63,618 nucleotides of DNA, filler included, from Platydemus manokwari (GCA_037951405.1; 6 parts of 6 records of this genome joined end to end with filler, not necessarily neighbours in it); one strand, 5' to 3'; numbered from the whole stretch's first letter, positions 12,823 through 27,129 are shown. Numbers and translations are program-made. The notes: generated by a model not told the origin, from the sequence alone.

Positions 12823-14949
12823 AAAAATTTTATTATTATATTTTATCTCACTAAATTCAAAATTGACACCAAAATATTCAAAACTAATTGATATCAATAT
12901 TACACATATCTCAAGCCAGAATGTGCATGAATGATAGATTATCCTATAATAACAATATTTATTTCCAAGCTTCATAATCATTATTATTGTGCTCGTATTT
13001 AATTAAAATCTATTTTATAATTAACATCTGCATTGCTTTCGCATAGTATTGTTTCCTCTAATCTTGCTTTCAATTGTTGGTCAATGTAATGTTGAAATTA
13101 AAGTTTTGGTTCATTTGCGCTCTTAAGTAGTAATGACATTAATATTTTGAAAAAATTATGTTTTGGAAAATATTAAAATAAATATTTCTAATGATAAATT
13201 GCTTCACATGTTGAATGAAACTTAAGTGGGAGCATATTTCATAAAATGGATCTCCTTTAATTTTATCCTGTGTTTTTGTGAGTGATATGATGATATGCAA
13301 CCATAAATCCTAATACTACCAATTAATAGTGTGTGATAATAAATGTGAGCCATATTTCTCTTCCTCTCTTCCATATCAAATAGCTTAAATTGTGACTTAG
13401 GTTTAATTAAGTCCAATGTGTGTTTATATTGGATTTTTTCTTAAGGTTCAGAAGTATAAGAAATGTTGAAATGGTTTGAAATATGGTTAAATTCCATGGT
13501 GTATATAATTCATAGGATTTATTAACGTTTCTTTCTTTATTTTAAAATTCAGGTTTAGATCCGGACAGGGAATTTTATTTTTATTTTATAAATTGTTTTG
13601 CCTTTTCAATTAGAGACGGCTTTAGAATGACTATCAAATGAATTTTGGTTTCAATTGATAACCCGATCAACGATTAGAAGAAGATGTATAACTATGAAGT
13701 TCTTCTGAGCTCTATCGAGTTGAGTAAATAATTATGTAAATATAAGCCACATGACCTCTGATTGTATCTGAAGATTAGAATCTACAGCCCAGACGCAAAG
13801 TTTCAATCCTATATGCGAAATCCTCCAATTTTTGTTTCATTAATAAACCCTTAAAACAACAATACTACGTATTCAGTATTACTGGGTCAGAGGTTAGTCC
13901 AATGTGATCTTTAAACAGATCGATATCAGCTTTAAAATTATCTTCAAAAATGGACAAAGAAAAAATAGACTTTAGATTTTTAAAATAATTAATATCCGTT
14001 TCTCAGAAATAATGTCTACATTTTCATTCACAACATTTGAGCATAGATGGATTTTTATCTAAAGAAAGAAGCTTTAAACGGAAAATCAAAATACACCACA
14101 ATATAAAATTAAAAACATCACATCTATGAGGTAAGTCGAAATTATCCGCCGTGAAATAATGGTTGATTTGATTATTAAGTGATGAACATGATACAGCATT
14201 GAAAACTGAATAATAGGGTTTTTCTTTGAAGGAAAGGTATAGACTGATGTGAATATCAGAAATATGGTATTATCTCTAAAGGAACCAATCAAATATGATA
14301 GAGATAATAAAATAAATAAATTTCATTGGAAATATCAATCTCATCAAATCTATTCGAAGAAAAGATGTAATTACAAGATTGCCGTGGATTGTTTACGTCT
14401 GTATTTGTAGCTAATAATAGCAACACAAGTATATCCAAACATCAGTCAAATCAAGCCTGTAGATATGTTTATTTTAATTAATTATTTAATTAAATATTAT
14501 ATAATTTTCAAAGAAAAAGAAATAATAAAATATCAAACTCTCCGAAGAAATTTTGATAATTTTTTATCAGAAAAAGATTCACTTATCTGACACGTTTGTA
14601 TTTATTTAGTTGATACATCGAATGACACACAATGAAAAGAAAATACATCAAATTTTGTAAAAAGATTTCATGTTAATATTTACAAGGAAAACATTCTGAA
14701 AATTTGCGGCACGCAGACAATTCGTCACATTATGAGTTTGTCGAAGATGATAAATTGCAATGAAAAATGGAATTTTGATTTGACTTAAAGATAAAAGGTC
14801 CATTAAAGTATTTCAGAAAATGTTTTATGTGCCAGAATGTTCCCTTGATGACATTGTAAATCTTATCTATTTTGTAAATCGCGCAATGGAAAATAATTGG
14901 AAAATCACGACACAAAGTTATAATGAAATACAATTATTTAAACAAAAAA

Positions 14950-15300
14950 TATTAAAATTCATATTTTAAAAATTATCGTCATTTTAAAATTCTCGCATCC
15001 GCATTTCTTTGAAATCCTAGAGTTTCCACGAATTCTTAATTATCGCCATATCGAATTCTCTCGATATATCTATATCTGTATAAAATATCCTTTTCGTTTA
15101 TCTGCTACATATTTTCTCTATAACTACTATATATCTTTTCTACACTTTTTTACTTCTGTTTTATAATTTCAAGTGATAAACCTTCTTAGAATCAAATCCA
15201 AATTCGTGGTCGCCTTGTAAACCTCTAGTATTTTTAAAGCACGCATTTTGAACTCAATCGAAAACAACTACTAAAAATTATACTTAACTACAATTATTTA
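14950..15300 (-). repeat. Dispersed non-coding repeat family R1, copy 1 (inverted)
   Basis: TTAGAATCAAATCCAAATTCGTGGTCGCCTTG is the reverse complement of CATGGCGACCACATATCTGCATTCGATTCTAA at ~27245. The adjacent pyrimidine/purine-biased tract is also shared. Confidence 0.65.
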
Positions 15301-18300
15301 TATAAATCAATATATAAAATCGAATTATAAATATTTTAAATTCTTATTTTAAAAATCATCATCATTTCAAAATCATTGAATTTTGAGGTAAACCATTTTC
15401 TAATAGCCATAAACACACTGACAGAACATTCACAAAAATCTCTCAGCTTATCAGTGTAAATGATGCGATTCTAATTCTTTGACATTTTATTTGCAAAGAA
15501 TATTTTCGTTACTAAATAATCTGTTAAAAAATTCAAAACTATTTAATGAATTTGGAAATATTTCGACAAAAAGCAAGAAGAAACATAAATATAAAGATGA
15601 AAAAGAAGAGGTAAAATTACAAGGAAGTTATTATGCTCTATCAGTTGATATATTGCCTTGAAATAATTCTTTGTTAAGATTACATTTCTAGAATTATTCT
15701 ATATCTAAACCAGCTAGATATTGTGATAAGAGTTATTACACTCGACTAGTCTTCAATTGGTTTATACCAATTATACGTTATGCAATTTATCCATTGTATT
15801 TATCTTTATAACGGTACGTTTCCTTTGGAAGAAGATAACCATTCAAAGAAAACATAATTAACTAAATTTTTAGCCAAATATCAACTCTACTTTGTTATTT
15901 TCATTTTTCCACACCATATGTACACTTAACGACATTTTTCATTTATTATCAACATCGAATTCATTTTTAATTAGGGACAGCAAGGAATTGATAATTTTTA
16001 TTCTTCTAACTTCTACTAGAGTATGTAGAAAGGAAATTATCTCTCATCGATTTCCATTATTTCTTTTTATCTTCATGAATATTTTGCATTACAATAGCTT
16101 TATTTCTAGCAAAGTTCGATGTTTTCCTTGAGGGAAAATCAATTTATTTATTATTAATCGCCGTTAATTGATTTTCCTTCAACGACTGAGCATTTTTATT
16201 TATTATCCGAGATAAAATGTAAACAAATTTACCAATCGATGTAGAAAATGATAAATATTTCCTATGACAAAGGATGTAGCTTGCTATTAACATATCCAAC
16301 TTTCGACACAAGAAATTCGACTCCATATATTTTTATAATATTTTTTTCAAGTTTAATTTGCTAGATTTACTTTGGATATTGAGGTAGAAGGAATTTAAAG
16401 AATATATTATTCATGAAATTTACTTGTATCTGTTGTTGGAAATAGCATTTCAAATGAAAATTCGATACCAATTGAATTAGATTACTAATAATCGATTTCA
16501 TTTAAGGAATCGTTGACTACCGCTAAAAACCATTAAATAAAATAATAATAATAAATATTTATTGATAAAACAAGATCTGTAGGTCTCAGAAGTTGGAATA
16601 TTTTGTTGCTAATTCACACAGAAATCCCAGGTTTTTGCATTGATGGCTATATTGTGATCGAGTGAGAAATGATAAGGGTTAATTCAATAAAAATATAAGG
16701 AATATTTTAAAGATAGATTATCAGTTCTAGTTCGAATTATTGTAAATGATGACAAAATGTAAGGAATCTCATTGTATGTATGTCTAATTTTCTATATTTT
16801 TCTCCTTATTTATAAAAAATTCAAATTTAGAAATTGCCTAGTATTTCTAGTTTTAAATTTTGAGATTTTTTATAATTCTCAAAGACGTTCATTCATTATT
16901 TTAAGGAAATATTTTGAATGATTCTCAATACTCCTCACTTTCTGAAACAATAAAATGCTAAAGATACGAGAAAACAGATTAGCAGTATTAGTTGATGTTT
17001 GTCTTATGATGGATAACGATTGTTCCATAATACCAGCCTAAATAATATTTCATTGCTTTTATTCTATTCTATTTGAATCTATTCCAGGATAATATCGATT
17101 TGAATCTGTTTATCATTCCAGGCTTCAAATATTTTAGAATAATATACTGGCTATTATCTAGATTAAATACTTAAATAATATCTCATTCGAAACGTTTTTT
17201 AAACTATTAAACAGGCATATGATGGATAATTAAATTCGATATACATCACTGGTTCTATTTGCAGGTAATTATGTCAATAAAATGTTCTTAATGATCCATT
17301 TTATGGCAAATCGCTACTTGTGGGATATTTACAATTGTCACAAACGCTGAAGAAGTATTTTAATATATTTTAATGAAAGAGATTATGTATGCACGTATGT
17401 ATGTGTGCTGGTTTTGGCATGCACGAGTGAAAATTTTGTTATTTTCTTTCTTGTAATAAGTATGTGAGAATAATTTTATGAGATAAATTAAATACACTAA
17501 ATTATAAAATTTTACAGATTATTTAAACAAATAAATTAAAAACATTAATTTAGATATTTAAATTTAATAAAATTTTAAATTAATTTCATCAAAACCGACC
17601 AACCTCTCTGAGAGGATGTTTTATAAAATTCAAATATAGAACTTATTGATTTATTCGTTGTGAATAAGAAAACATACATATATACAGTAACGTAATTAAA
17701 TAAATAAACACGTGGTGTTTGTTTAAATAATTGTTTGGCGCTTGAGTGTAATTTTTTTTTCTTTTCCACTCGGCGTTGACATCTGAATAGCCGAGAGGGC
17801 GTTCAGCACCCGTTGAAAATACTCCACTTAACTTATACACAATAAAACAAATCCTTTCATAAATATATTTAAAATTTTTTTCATCTTCATTGTGACAACA
17901 ATAAATATAAGGTAATTATGCTCATATTGTCATAAATAAGGACACTGGGTTATTTTATTGGCGTACTTACCACCTAATAGAATCAGTGGTTCATATCGAA
18001 TTTAATTAACTATTAATAGCATAGATAGCATGTACATAAAGTAATTTTGGGTTTTGTTTTCCGTTGATATGATCGAATTTTTGGTTGACTTATGACAAAG
18101 GGTATTATTATTCACGCCTTGTTTTAACAGAACAATACATGCATCAAAATAATATAAAAATAAAATAAATAATTAAATAACAAAAAAAATTGACAACAAA
18201 AAAATCAATAAGAAAAAATTTGAAAAAACAAACAAAAATCTCGTACAAAATGAAATAATTTTATCACAAACTGAAGAGCCCAACAAATAAAAGTAGTTAA

Positions 18301-18961
18301 TTAAACAAAATATTAACATTTAATTGACAAAAATAAAGGCAAAGAATCAAAGATGAAACATTTTAAGATAAAAAAAATTAAATAAAATTATAAGAGAATA
18401 ATAATTACTAAAAATAGAATTATTATTTCTAAAAATAAATATAAAAATAAATAATATAATTGGTTATTTAAATTGTTTAGTTTGTTTAATTAAATTATTA
18501 AATAGAATTAGTAAATAAATTTCCAAAGTAGGAAATTATTGATATTTATTGACTTTTATTGAATTTTATTTAAGAATTTCATCTAAGATTTTTATTTAGA
18601 CTGCCCAAATGATGTTTTGTGGTTTGTTTTATTAAAACAAAATCCTGAATGGGAAACAAAGAAATAGATAACAGACTGTGAAACCTGTAAAAGAATAGCA
18701 AGAAAAAAATATAATTTAACTAAAACACGTTAGAACCGATACGCTATCATAGCACAAAAAATAGCATAGATATTCATAAATAATAATCTATTCTTTCATA
18801 ATTGCAAAATGCGACTGAAACAACTTAATTTATTGTGGAAGATGAAGATCGATCATCATCAACTATTCATTAAACCATTTTTCAAACTCATCTTGTTAAT
18901 TTTTCATTGTATCATTGAAATCATTGAAATACAGTCAGGTTATTACTTAAATAAGTATTTC

Positions 18962-19770
18962 GGCTTAAGTTAAGAAAAAGGGTATTTTGACCCAATTTTA
19001 ATATAAATGTATTTTAATATAAAAATTTATTTTTAATCATAATTTAATGAAAGTTTTGTTTAAAATTCAACTTTAGATGAAAAAGGAAAAAACAACTCTA
19101 ACAATCCTGTTATATTATGGAGCATGGTTTCATCAAACATACAATTAAATAAAAGTATCATTTTAAATATAAAATTCCTATTTAATTTATGTTTTTATCT
19201 TTTAGAGTCGATGCGATTCGGTTGCAGTCTAGAAATAGGAACCAATTCTTTCTTACTATATTTCAAAAGCTCAAATTTAATTTCTTCGACTTGCGTTATT
19301 ATACTTGGCCTCTCCAAAATAGGCCTTAACAATTTCTTTGACGATATTTTGACCTCTAATTATTTTAAGCTATTTATTTATGGGTGTATTTATTCAAAAC
19401 TTACAATTTTTCCATCTTATAAATAATTATAAATTCTAAAATTTTTTTTAATAAATATTGTAAATATTTGTTGATTGTTGGTTGGCAAATGGATGTCATT
19501 TTGCTGACACAATTTTTATGTGAGTTCTGTGCACCAAAAATATTTTATTAAGAATATAGAAAGGAGACAAGGCCGAATTGTTGAACCAAGTCTCTATTCA
19601 AATTCCTAACTTCTTATATATTTGTGGCATCTCCATCTGAACTACTTATTTGATTTGGATGAAATCTTCATCTCATTACAGTATTGATAAGTTTTGAATC
19701 TATGTATCCAATCTATTAAATAGGTACTAGTATACTTATTTTGAGATAAAGCACAAGTACTTAGTTCCTG
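18962..19770 (-). mobile_element. Decayed Merlin DNA transposon, copy B
   Basis: Same TIR (GGCTTAAGTTAAGAAAAAGGG). Colinear similarity with copy A across ~800 bp, e.g. CAATCC.TATATTATGGA, GAGTCGATG, GCACCA.AAAT, CCGAATTGTT. Confidence 0.8.
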
Positions 19771-22132
19771 GAAAAGTGCCCCAAGTGCTCCAAATACCTG
19801 CGAAAGTATTGAATTAGATGAGAACGGATACTGGGAAGAAATAGTTAATCTGGGGGATAAATCCGAACCGGTCAGCCGGAACGAAAGAAAGGATAAGACC
19901 AAAACAGAACCAGCAATCCCAGATCATTCAAAGTTCAAAACATCGAGGTCGCGGGAACTTCACAAACGAGTGGATATTGATGAGCGTTTGACCAATATTT
20001 GTAAATATTAACATTTGTGATTCATTCATTTCAAATCTTTTTCTTGAACCCATGTAATTCTCAAGTCCTGATTTAATTATCAATTTATATTTGTATTTCT
20101 TGGTGTATAGGTAATAAAAAATAATAAATTATAAAATAAATGAAATTGAAATTTTTAATAACGATAAACTTAAAATAAAATTATAATAAAATTTGACAAC
20201 ATAAAATGATAAATAGAGGGCCTAAAATAATAATAATAATAATAACGAAGATAAAAATTTACTTATAAAAATTGAAATTTGTTCTAGTACGCTAAATTTA
20301 TATAGGAATTATAAAATAAACTCATTTGAATTTCTAAAAGACTAAGAATTCTAAAAATAATAAAAAATTTATTAGAATAAATATAATTAATGTTTTGTAA
20401 AAATAAAATAATTTTAATTTCGAAGTGGAAAAAATATTTTAAATTTCCTAATTAGAATTTCCACTTTTAAAATAAATAGCCACCAAATATCATAAATTTT
20501 CGCTCTTAAAAATCTCAACCGAAAAAGTTGGAATCTTAAAGAAAAATAAAGCTAAGTTGATGACCACAGCAATAATCTCGAGAAGAAGAATTCATAAACT
20601 TAGGAAAACTCATAGACAACAGCTCAAAGAGAATTTTGGGTATTGTACGAATACAGATAAAATTAAATTAAAATATCTTAAAACTCATATATTTTAAGAA
20701 GCTAATTTACAAGGTCGATTCGTCAAATTCGAATTGAACAATATATACCAGAAACTGTGAGAGTTAATATCAAGTGTGCTGGGATTAATAATTTAATAAT
20801 TTAAATTAATTTATTGGTTTATAATTGTAATTATAATTGGTAAAACCATTTGCAATTTGTTTCTATTTCAATAGTGGAATATTCTTTTGAAAGTCTTTGT
20901 TTTGATTGATTGTTTAATAAAAAGTTTATACAATAAATAATTTTTATCATACATAGTTGTTGTCAATTGTTTATACAATAAATAATTGTTATTTAATAGA
21001 CTGATAATCGAGAGGGTTAGTTTAAATTTACGTCAAACTAGCCCCATAGAACTCACTTGTTGGGGAGATTTATAAAAAACCCAACACTTCCAAGTATCGT
21101 TTTATAAAATAAGTCTAAAAATCTTAAATATCATTCCATTTACTTCTAATATTAAAAAATTGGGTTCTCACTAATTTTCTACGTATTGCATTTTGACCTA
21201 CTGTGACCATTTTTTCAAATAATTAATTTTTAGTAGATTTTAAAACTCCTGTCTATATATCATGTGAGTCTAAAAAACTAAACTTTTTCTCAAGTACTTA
21301 AATAAAAAATTCAAAATTTTATTAAAGAATTTAATTAAATAAGTAATATAGATTTTTGCAATGCACTGCACACATTAAAAACTTTATTTAATGAATCTAT
21401 TTTTAACTTTAGCCCCTATTTATTATTCCGATTGGAAAAGTTGTTCCGGGACATTTTAATTGGCGTAATTGATCATAGACTGTCTTGAGGAATAAGCAAT
21501 TGCACATTTTATTATATAAATTTAAATTTATTTTACTCGTCACATAAATTTTGTGAATAAATTTTGAGAAATATTTTTACAAAGAATTACATAAATGCAT
21601 TGAACTATATATTTGTTGAAAAATAAATCAAATCTCCCATCGTGGAGAGAACACTTTGATACATTTGTAACTTTGATGACAATCACAAGGCCTATGAAGT
21701 ACCCTAGCACAGAACGAATTATTATTTTAAATTATATATATATATATACATAATTGTCTATGATGATGTAAAATTAATGCTCTGATAATTTTATTACTTA
21801 AAAAACATTTAAGGAACAACTGAAGCATGGGATTTCAAATTTTAATGTAAAGTAATGTAGTGGGGTTATTGATTCGATGGATTTTACATTCCGAATTTTT
21901 ATTATTCAATAAAACAAAAAGTTTTTACATCGATTTTATTATAGTAAAATTCCAATTTGATTTTTTAACTAAAATTCTCTTTCTTGTTTTAATCTACATA
22001 AGCCTCAACGTATCGATTAATTTGACTTAAATATAATCAATGACATCAAACTAACTCTGTCAATTGGATAATTCTACCTATTAGTCATTAATAGAGTTTG
22101 GATTATTAAGTAAATGGGTTGTTTATCGAATA

Positions 22133-22232
22133 NNNNNNNNNNNNNNNNNNNNNNNNNNNNNNNNNNNNNNNNNNNNTTAATTAATTAANNNNNNNNNNNN
22201 NNNNNNNNNNNNNNNNNNNNNNNNNNNNNNNN
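22133..22232. other. Assembly gap/linker
   Basis: N44-TTAATTAATTAA-N44. Confidence 0.99.
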
Positions 22233-22373
22233 TTCAGTTCCGGGGAAGACTTTCAAAAATGGATTGATAGATGGATTTCTTCAAAAGATCAAGAATTTTT
22301 TTTTCCTGGAAGTCAATCGTTGCCTAAACGATGGGCCAATGTCATATCTGCAAATGGAAAATATTTTGATTGA
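22233..22373 (+). mobile_element. Mariner transposase C-terminal fragment
   Basis: Reads approximately FSSGEDFQKWIDRWISSKDQEFFFPGSQSLPKRWANVISANGKYFD*, the canonical mariner ending (GI.KL..RW..V....G.YF). Confidence 0.9.
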
Positions 22374-22439
22374 TGTTTATATTCAATATTGATTTTTAAG
22401 ATTAGCTACAAGATTAACTTGTAAATATCTTTTTTCAAA

Positions 22440-22940
22440 ATTAATGATGAAAAAATCCTAAAACAAATTATTAAAGATGGAAACCTAAATTATTTTACTA
22501 TGATGAGAACAAATTAAAATTACCTAAAGAAATTAATGACAATTTAAAAAAAATTAATAGACAATAAAGAAGGAAAAACAAAAATTTGATGGGTTTTTTC
22601 ATTATTAGCTGCATCACAGATTTATGTCGGTTAGCAAAATTTGCTTGAGAGTTAAAACTGCAGTAAATCCAGCAAAAGAAGCAAAGAAAACTGTTGTGGA
22701 GACTAAGAAAATAAAAGAAGATCCATGACAGCAATAGTTAAGGCTAAAAATAAAACAACAAAGTACTGAAGCTAAAGGTGCTGGTATTTGTATAAAGGTT
22801 AAGCTTATGAATGCTGAGCATTATATGATTTTGCGAAAAGTAATAGATATGAAAGATTCTCATCTTTGAAAAATATTAAAGGTGAAGGGCTTCATTTATC
22901 ACCATATGATCAGAGGATACAGTAGTATAAATTCAAAAAT
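22440..22940 (+). mobile_element. Decayed Polinton/Maverick (adintovirus-like) core-protein fragment
   Basis: Broken frames give GFFSLLAA..., VKTAVNPAKEAKKTVVETK and KGEGLHLSPY. These resemble the GGFLPL...AVNxAK...GxGLYLxPY small ORF of arthropod Polintons. The relic may extend to ~24700. Confidence 0.55.
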
Positions 22941-25399
22941 AATATTTAATAAAATGAAGAAATTATATGAGGTAATTAATTTATTTATAAAAAACGTCAT
23001 ACAGTGATAATATCTAGTAGTAAGAAATCAGAAAAGGAATTTGGTTCTCCATCGACAATAAAGTTAGAAATGATTTGAATATAAAATAATTTTAAAATTA
23101 ATAAATAATTATATTTCTGTTTATAATAATAATGATAACAATAATAACAAAAGAAAAGGGTTCTCATTGGGTTTCAGCCACATAAATTAGTTTTTTCCTT
23201 GTGGAATTTTACGAACTTAGAAAGTTTATAATTTCTTTGATGATAAACATGCGAAATGTAGGAAAAAGTCCAATTTTATTTATAATAAAATTCAAATACA
23301 AACAGAGGATAATTATGTAAGTTTTTTATAGTTTAAATGACGGACTAAAATTTGAATATAATTTAGATCATATAATGAATGAAATTGTTTAGGCATGCCA
23401 ACATTCCTTTCTTCACCAGCCCTAAAATTGAGAATTTTAAAATGCCTATATTTCATTAATTTAATAAAAGTTCAATAAATACTGAGAAATCAGTAATGCT
23501 AACGAATGACTTGTCGATGAAAAATATGTATAAATGAAAAGAGTGATGGTATAAGGGGTTATTTACTAAGCAACAATTATAGAATAAAAACTTGATCGAA
23601 AACATGCCACAGGTGCTGTAAATAAGAAATATCATAAAAAATGTACCAACAAAATTATAAAGAATTTTGAAAAAGAAATTGGTGCACTTAATAATGCCAT
23701 GAGGATTACTACGTATTTATCAAGTGCAAGATTTGAATTATTTAGAGATAACAAACAGAGGATTGATAAAATTGATTCTTTGTGTAAATCAATTATTAAA
23801 ATAATGAATGATAATAAAAATCAATGAAAAAGAAATAAAATTAATCTCAGAACAATTTAAAAGCTTAAAACTCATGGAAGTAAAAACGAAATGACAATTA
23901 AGATTTGATTAAGAAATCATTGGGTTTTGTTTCTTGAGAACAACAAGAAGAAAAATAAAATAAACTCCTTAAAAATAGTAATAATATCATATAATTGCTA
24001 GACGTTATCACTGATTTAAGAACACTAACTAATATTTGTGTCATTGATAAGGGGAAGAGGTAGATATTAGTCGTTATGGAAACAAAAATAGGTTTATTAT
24101 TAGGCATGCATCTGAAAATTTGAAAAATATATTCGCTAATAAATTATACCCCAAAATTATTTTTGATTTTGGGATTATTTTAGTTTCGCAAAAGATAATA
24201 TTAGAGTCGATGTTGTTTATAGTTATGGGCTTAAATCCTTATATATGAGACGTTTAGTTTTTTATTCCTTGTTCAATATGTTAGTGTTAAAGGAAGTTGT
24301 ATTGCAACAGAAGTTAGAAGTGCTTTCTTGAAAAATAATCATGGATTGATAAATGTTCTTTTTCTCATTTGAGAAAGAAATGGAACTTAATGACTGCAAA
24401 ACTCAGATTATTGATTTATAAATTTAATATACCATCGAAAAATGGAAAATTTTCTAATTACTTACATAATAAATTACTTAAAGAATTATAGAATTTATGT
24501 GAAATTCATTTATTTATTGGTAATATATTTCCCAATAAATCATCAAAAACTCATCGTTTGCAATTTGTAATGATTAATTCAACTTTATCTAATAAAGAAT
24601 ACAATGAAATCATCACTTCATTTTCAGAAAATATCTCGACTTGTTGTATTATTAAATTTTATATTTAATTAAATAAAAAAGAGGATAAAAACTTTATCCC
24701 ACTCTAGATAATTTTAATTATCCAAGTGCTCCACGAGACACAAGGAAAATGAATCCATCTTATATAGGTTATGTAAATGATACATTAAAGGTTAACATTA
24801 ATAAACTGTTGTCTTGTACATCACTATACAGTTGTTGAACGAACAAACTATTCTCGAAATATAATCAAATCAACACTTGTATCAATCGAAAATTCTGCAC
24901 TGTATGTTTTACTGTTATTACGACTATTGATTGCTTTATATATGAAATATCATAATGAAAGTGATTTAAAATTATAGATTTCATAACTAAATTGTTTACC
25001 AAACTTCCTTTGTTTTTAATGCAATTATCTAATCTAATTTTCTGTATTTTTAACAATTGTGTTATGATAAAATGAATGTTTTGTGTAGTTGATATTGTGT
25101 ATGACTAATTATAGCTTAAGATATTTTCTATTTACAATCCAATAAGTTTGTATTTATCTTTTTCAGACTATTTTTGATTAAATAAACTTCTAACGTTATC
25201 CACATAAAGTTGTGCAAAAAATTAGACACACTTCAATTAAAATTTATTTTTAAAAAATAACCCGCGTTTCTTTTATTAATAAAAAAATCTAATTTTTATC
25301 TAACTTCCTTCTCCAAGTGTATTTGAGATCTTTGTTATCCACCTAATTCTTCGAGATTTTAGCTGTGCCTGGAAATCATGAAGCACCTGATCTGGGCTT

Positions 25400-26900
25400 A
25401 AAAATTTCAAAAATCTGTGAGAACTTTCACGACGATCTCCGTTCTTCTTTATCTTTTGTGATTTTTTCTTCACTTAAACCTCTTTTCAAACCCATTTATT
25501 TCTACGATCACGTTTATAGCATCTTTAAGTTTGTGGCTATTAATTTTAGCTGGTTTTCTGTTTTCTTGGTGATCTTGTCGTGATTGCTTGGTTCATTTAA
25601 TCGGTACCTATGCATATTTATTCTTCGTTCAAACAATATATCAAAATAAAAATGTTGAATTGAGCTTTGACATTTTGCATTGATGATAAATACTATTCAT
25701 AGAATTCATTTATCTCAATCCAGTTTCTCTCATGATATAGTCGCTATCATCATGTTTTGGACAGTTCTAACCATTTTTTTAGCTAATCCATTTGCCTGTT
25801 GTTGTATGGAGAAGTAAATTCTTACTTTATTCTAAATTGTATCGATCATATCTTCATTGATCTACTTTGAAAGACCCTATCCCGATTAGTGAGCATTGAT
25901 TTTGGAGTACCGTACATAGATTCATACAATCTGTTTAAGCTAATCAAACACTTCCCTTGAAATCAGAATTTTTTTAGTTCGCCCAGTGTGTATCTTCTTT
26001 TCTTCGTGTTCAATATTTCGTGACATATTTAGACAGATGAAAATCTGTCAAGATTAATTGATTAATTTCTTATTACGATATGGTACAATCCATCATAAAA
26101 GTATCTTGTTAGTTTCTGGAAATGAACAACTGGCACCACAATTCGTTTCTTTCCATTCTCATTATACATCAAAATTCGTATTTATTTAAACTGTAACAAT
26201 ATTTGTTATTTTTTACCGCTGAATTTATTCCTGTTTCTGTTTTCTAGAACCATTTTCGAAAGGAACCATTGACAGTATCTTTTTGTTGAATCTTCCTTAG
26301 TTTGTCATTATTTGCAATTAAATGCTCAACACCATTAATAAACCAACATTTTGGTTTGCATTATTTAGCCTTATGTTCGTTTAATTTTGTGAATTCTAAA
26401 CACAGCCTGATTGATCCATTTTTCTTACAAAACTCGACCAAAGCCGGGTTTCAAGCGTTATTGTATTACTTTTAAAAGAGTCTATAAATTCTTGAATTAT
26501 AGTTAAAAAAATTCACTGTCTGCTTTTTGTAGTTTTTGCTCAATAGGTTCCCTTTCGTACGGTTACCATGCCTTACGCTATAAAAATTTAAACATGTTTT
26601 ATTTATATACCAACTAATTCTATCTCTGCAATGAATATTTCACAAGTCTTTATCATATCAACCTCTTCAAAAAATCCTTGTAAAATTTCTTTTACTACAA
26701 TGACTTTTCTAATAGAATTTTGTCGGTCTAAACTATTGGAATCCTTTTTTCCCCTAGACACGATTTCATGTTTTAGAGAATACACCAGCCAATCGAATAT
26801 CAGAATTGTTTATCTGCGATTGCCAAATGCGCCTCATTTATTACTGTTAAAACTAAGTGATGTCAACAAAGAATAACTTTAAATCAATAACGAATTACTT
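25400..26900 (-). mobile_element. Decayed, internally deleted Ty3/gypsy pol
   Basis: RT motif KKNGSIRLCLEFTKLN at ~26380-26430 (cf. KKDGSxRLCVDYRxLN). Integrase core YGTPKSMLTNRDRVFQS...FTSPY..QANGLAKKMVRTVQNM at ~25750-25920. Confidence 0.85.
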
Positions 26901-27129
26901 AATTTTTGAAAAAATACCAACAACAATGCGGTTTAATCAAACTAATTAAAATAACATTTTACTAGTTCATTTTGCTACAAACAGATGCTTATTCAAATTG
27001 AAATTCTTTATTTCATGTATAATGCCATTTTCATCATTTGATTATGAAGATTGTGTCTTCTAAAATTATTCAGAAGATACTTTAGAATCAGTGACAAATA
27101 AAGAAGGAAAAGCAAATATAGGTACATAA

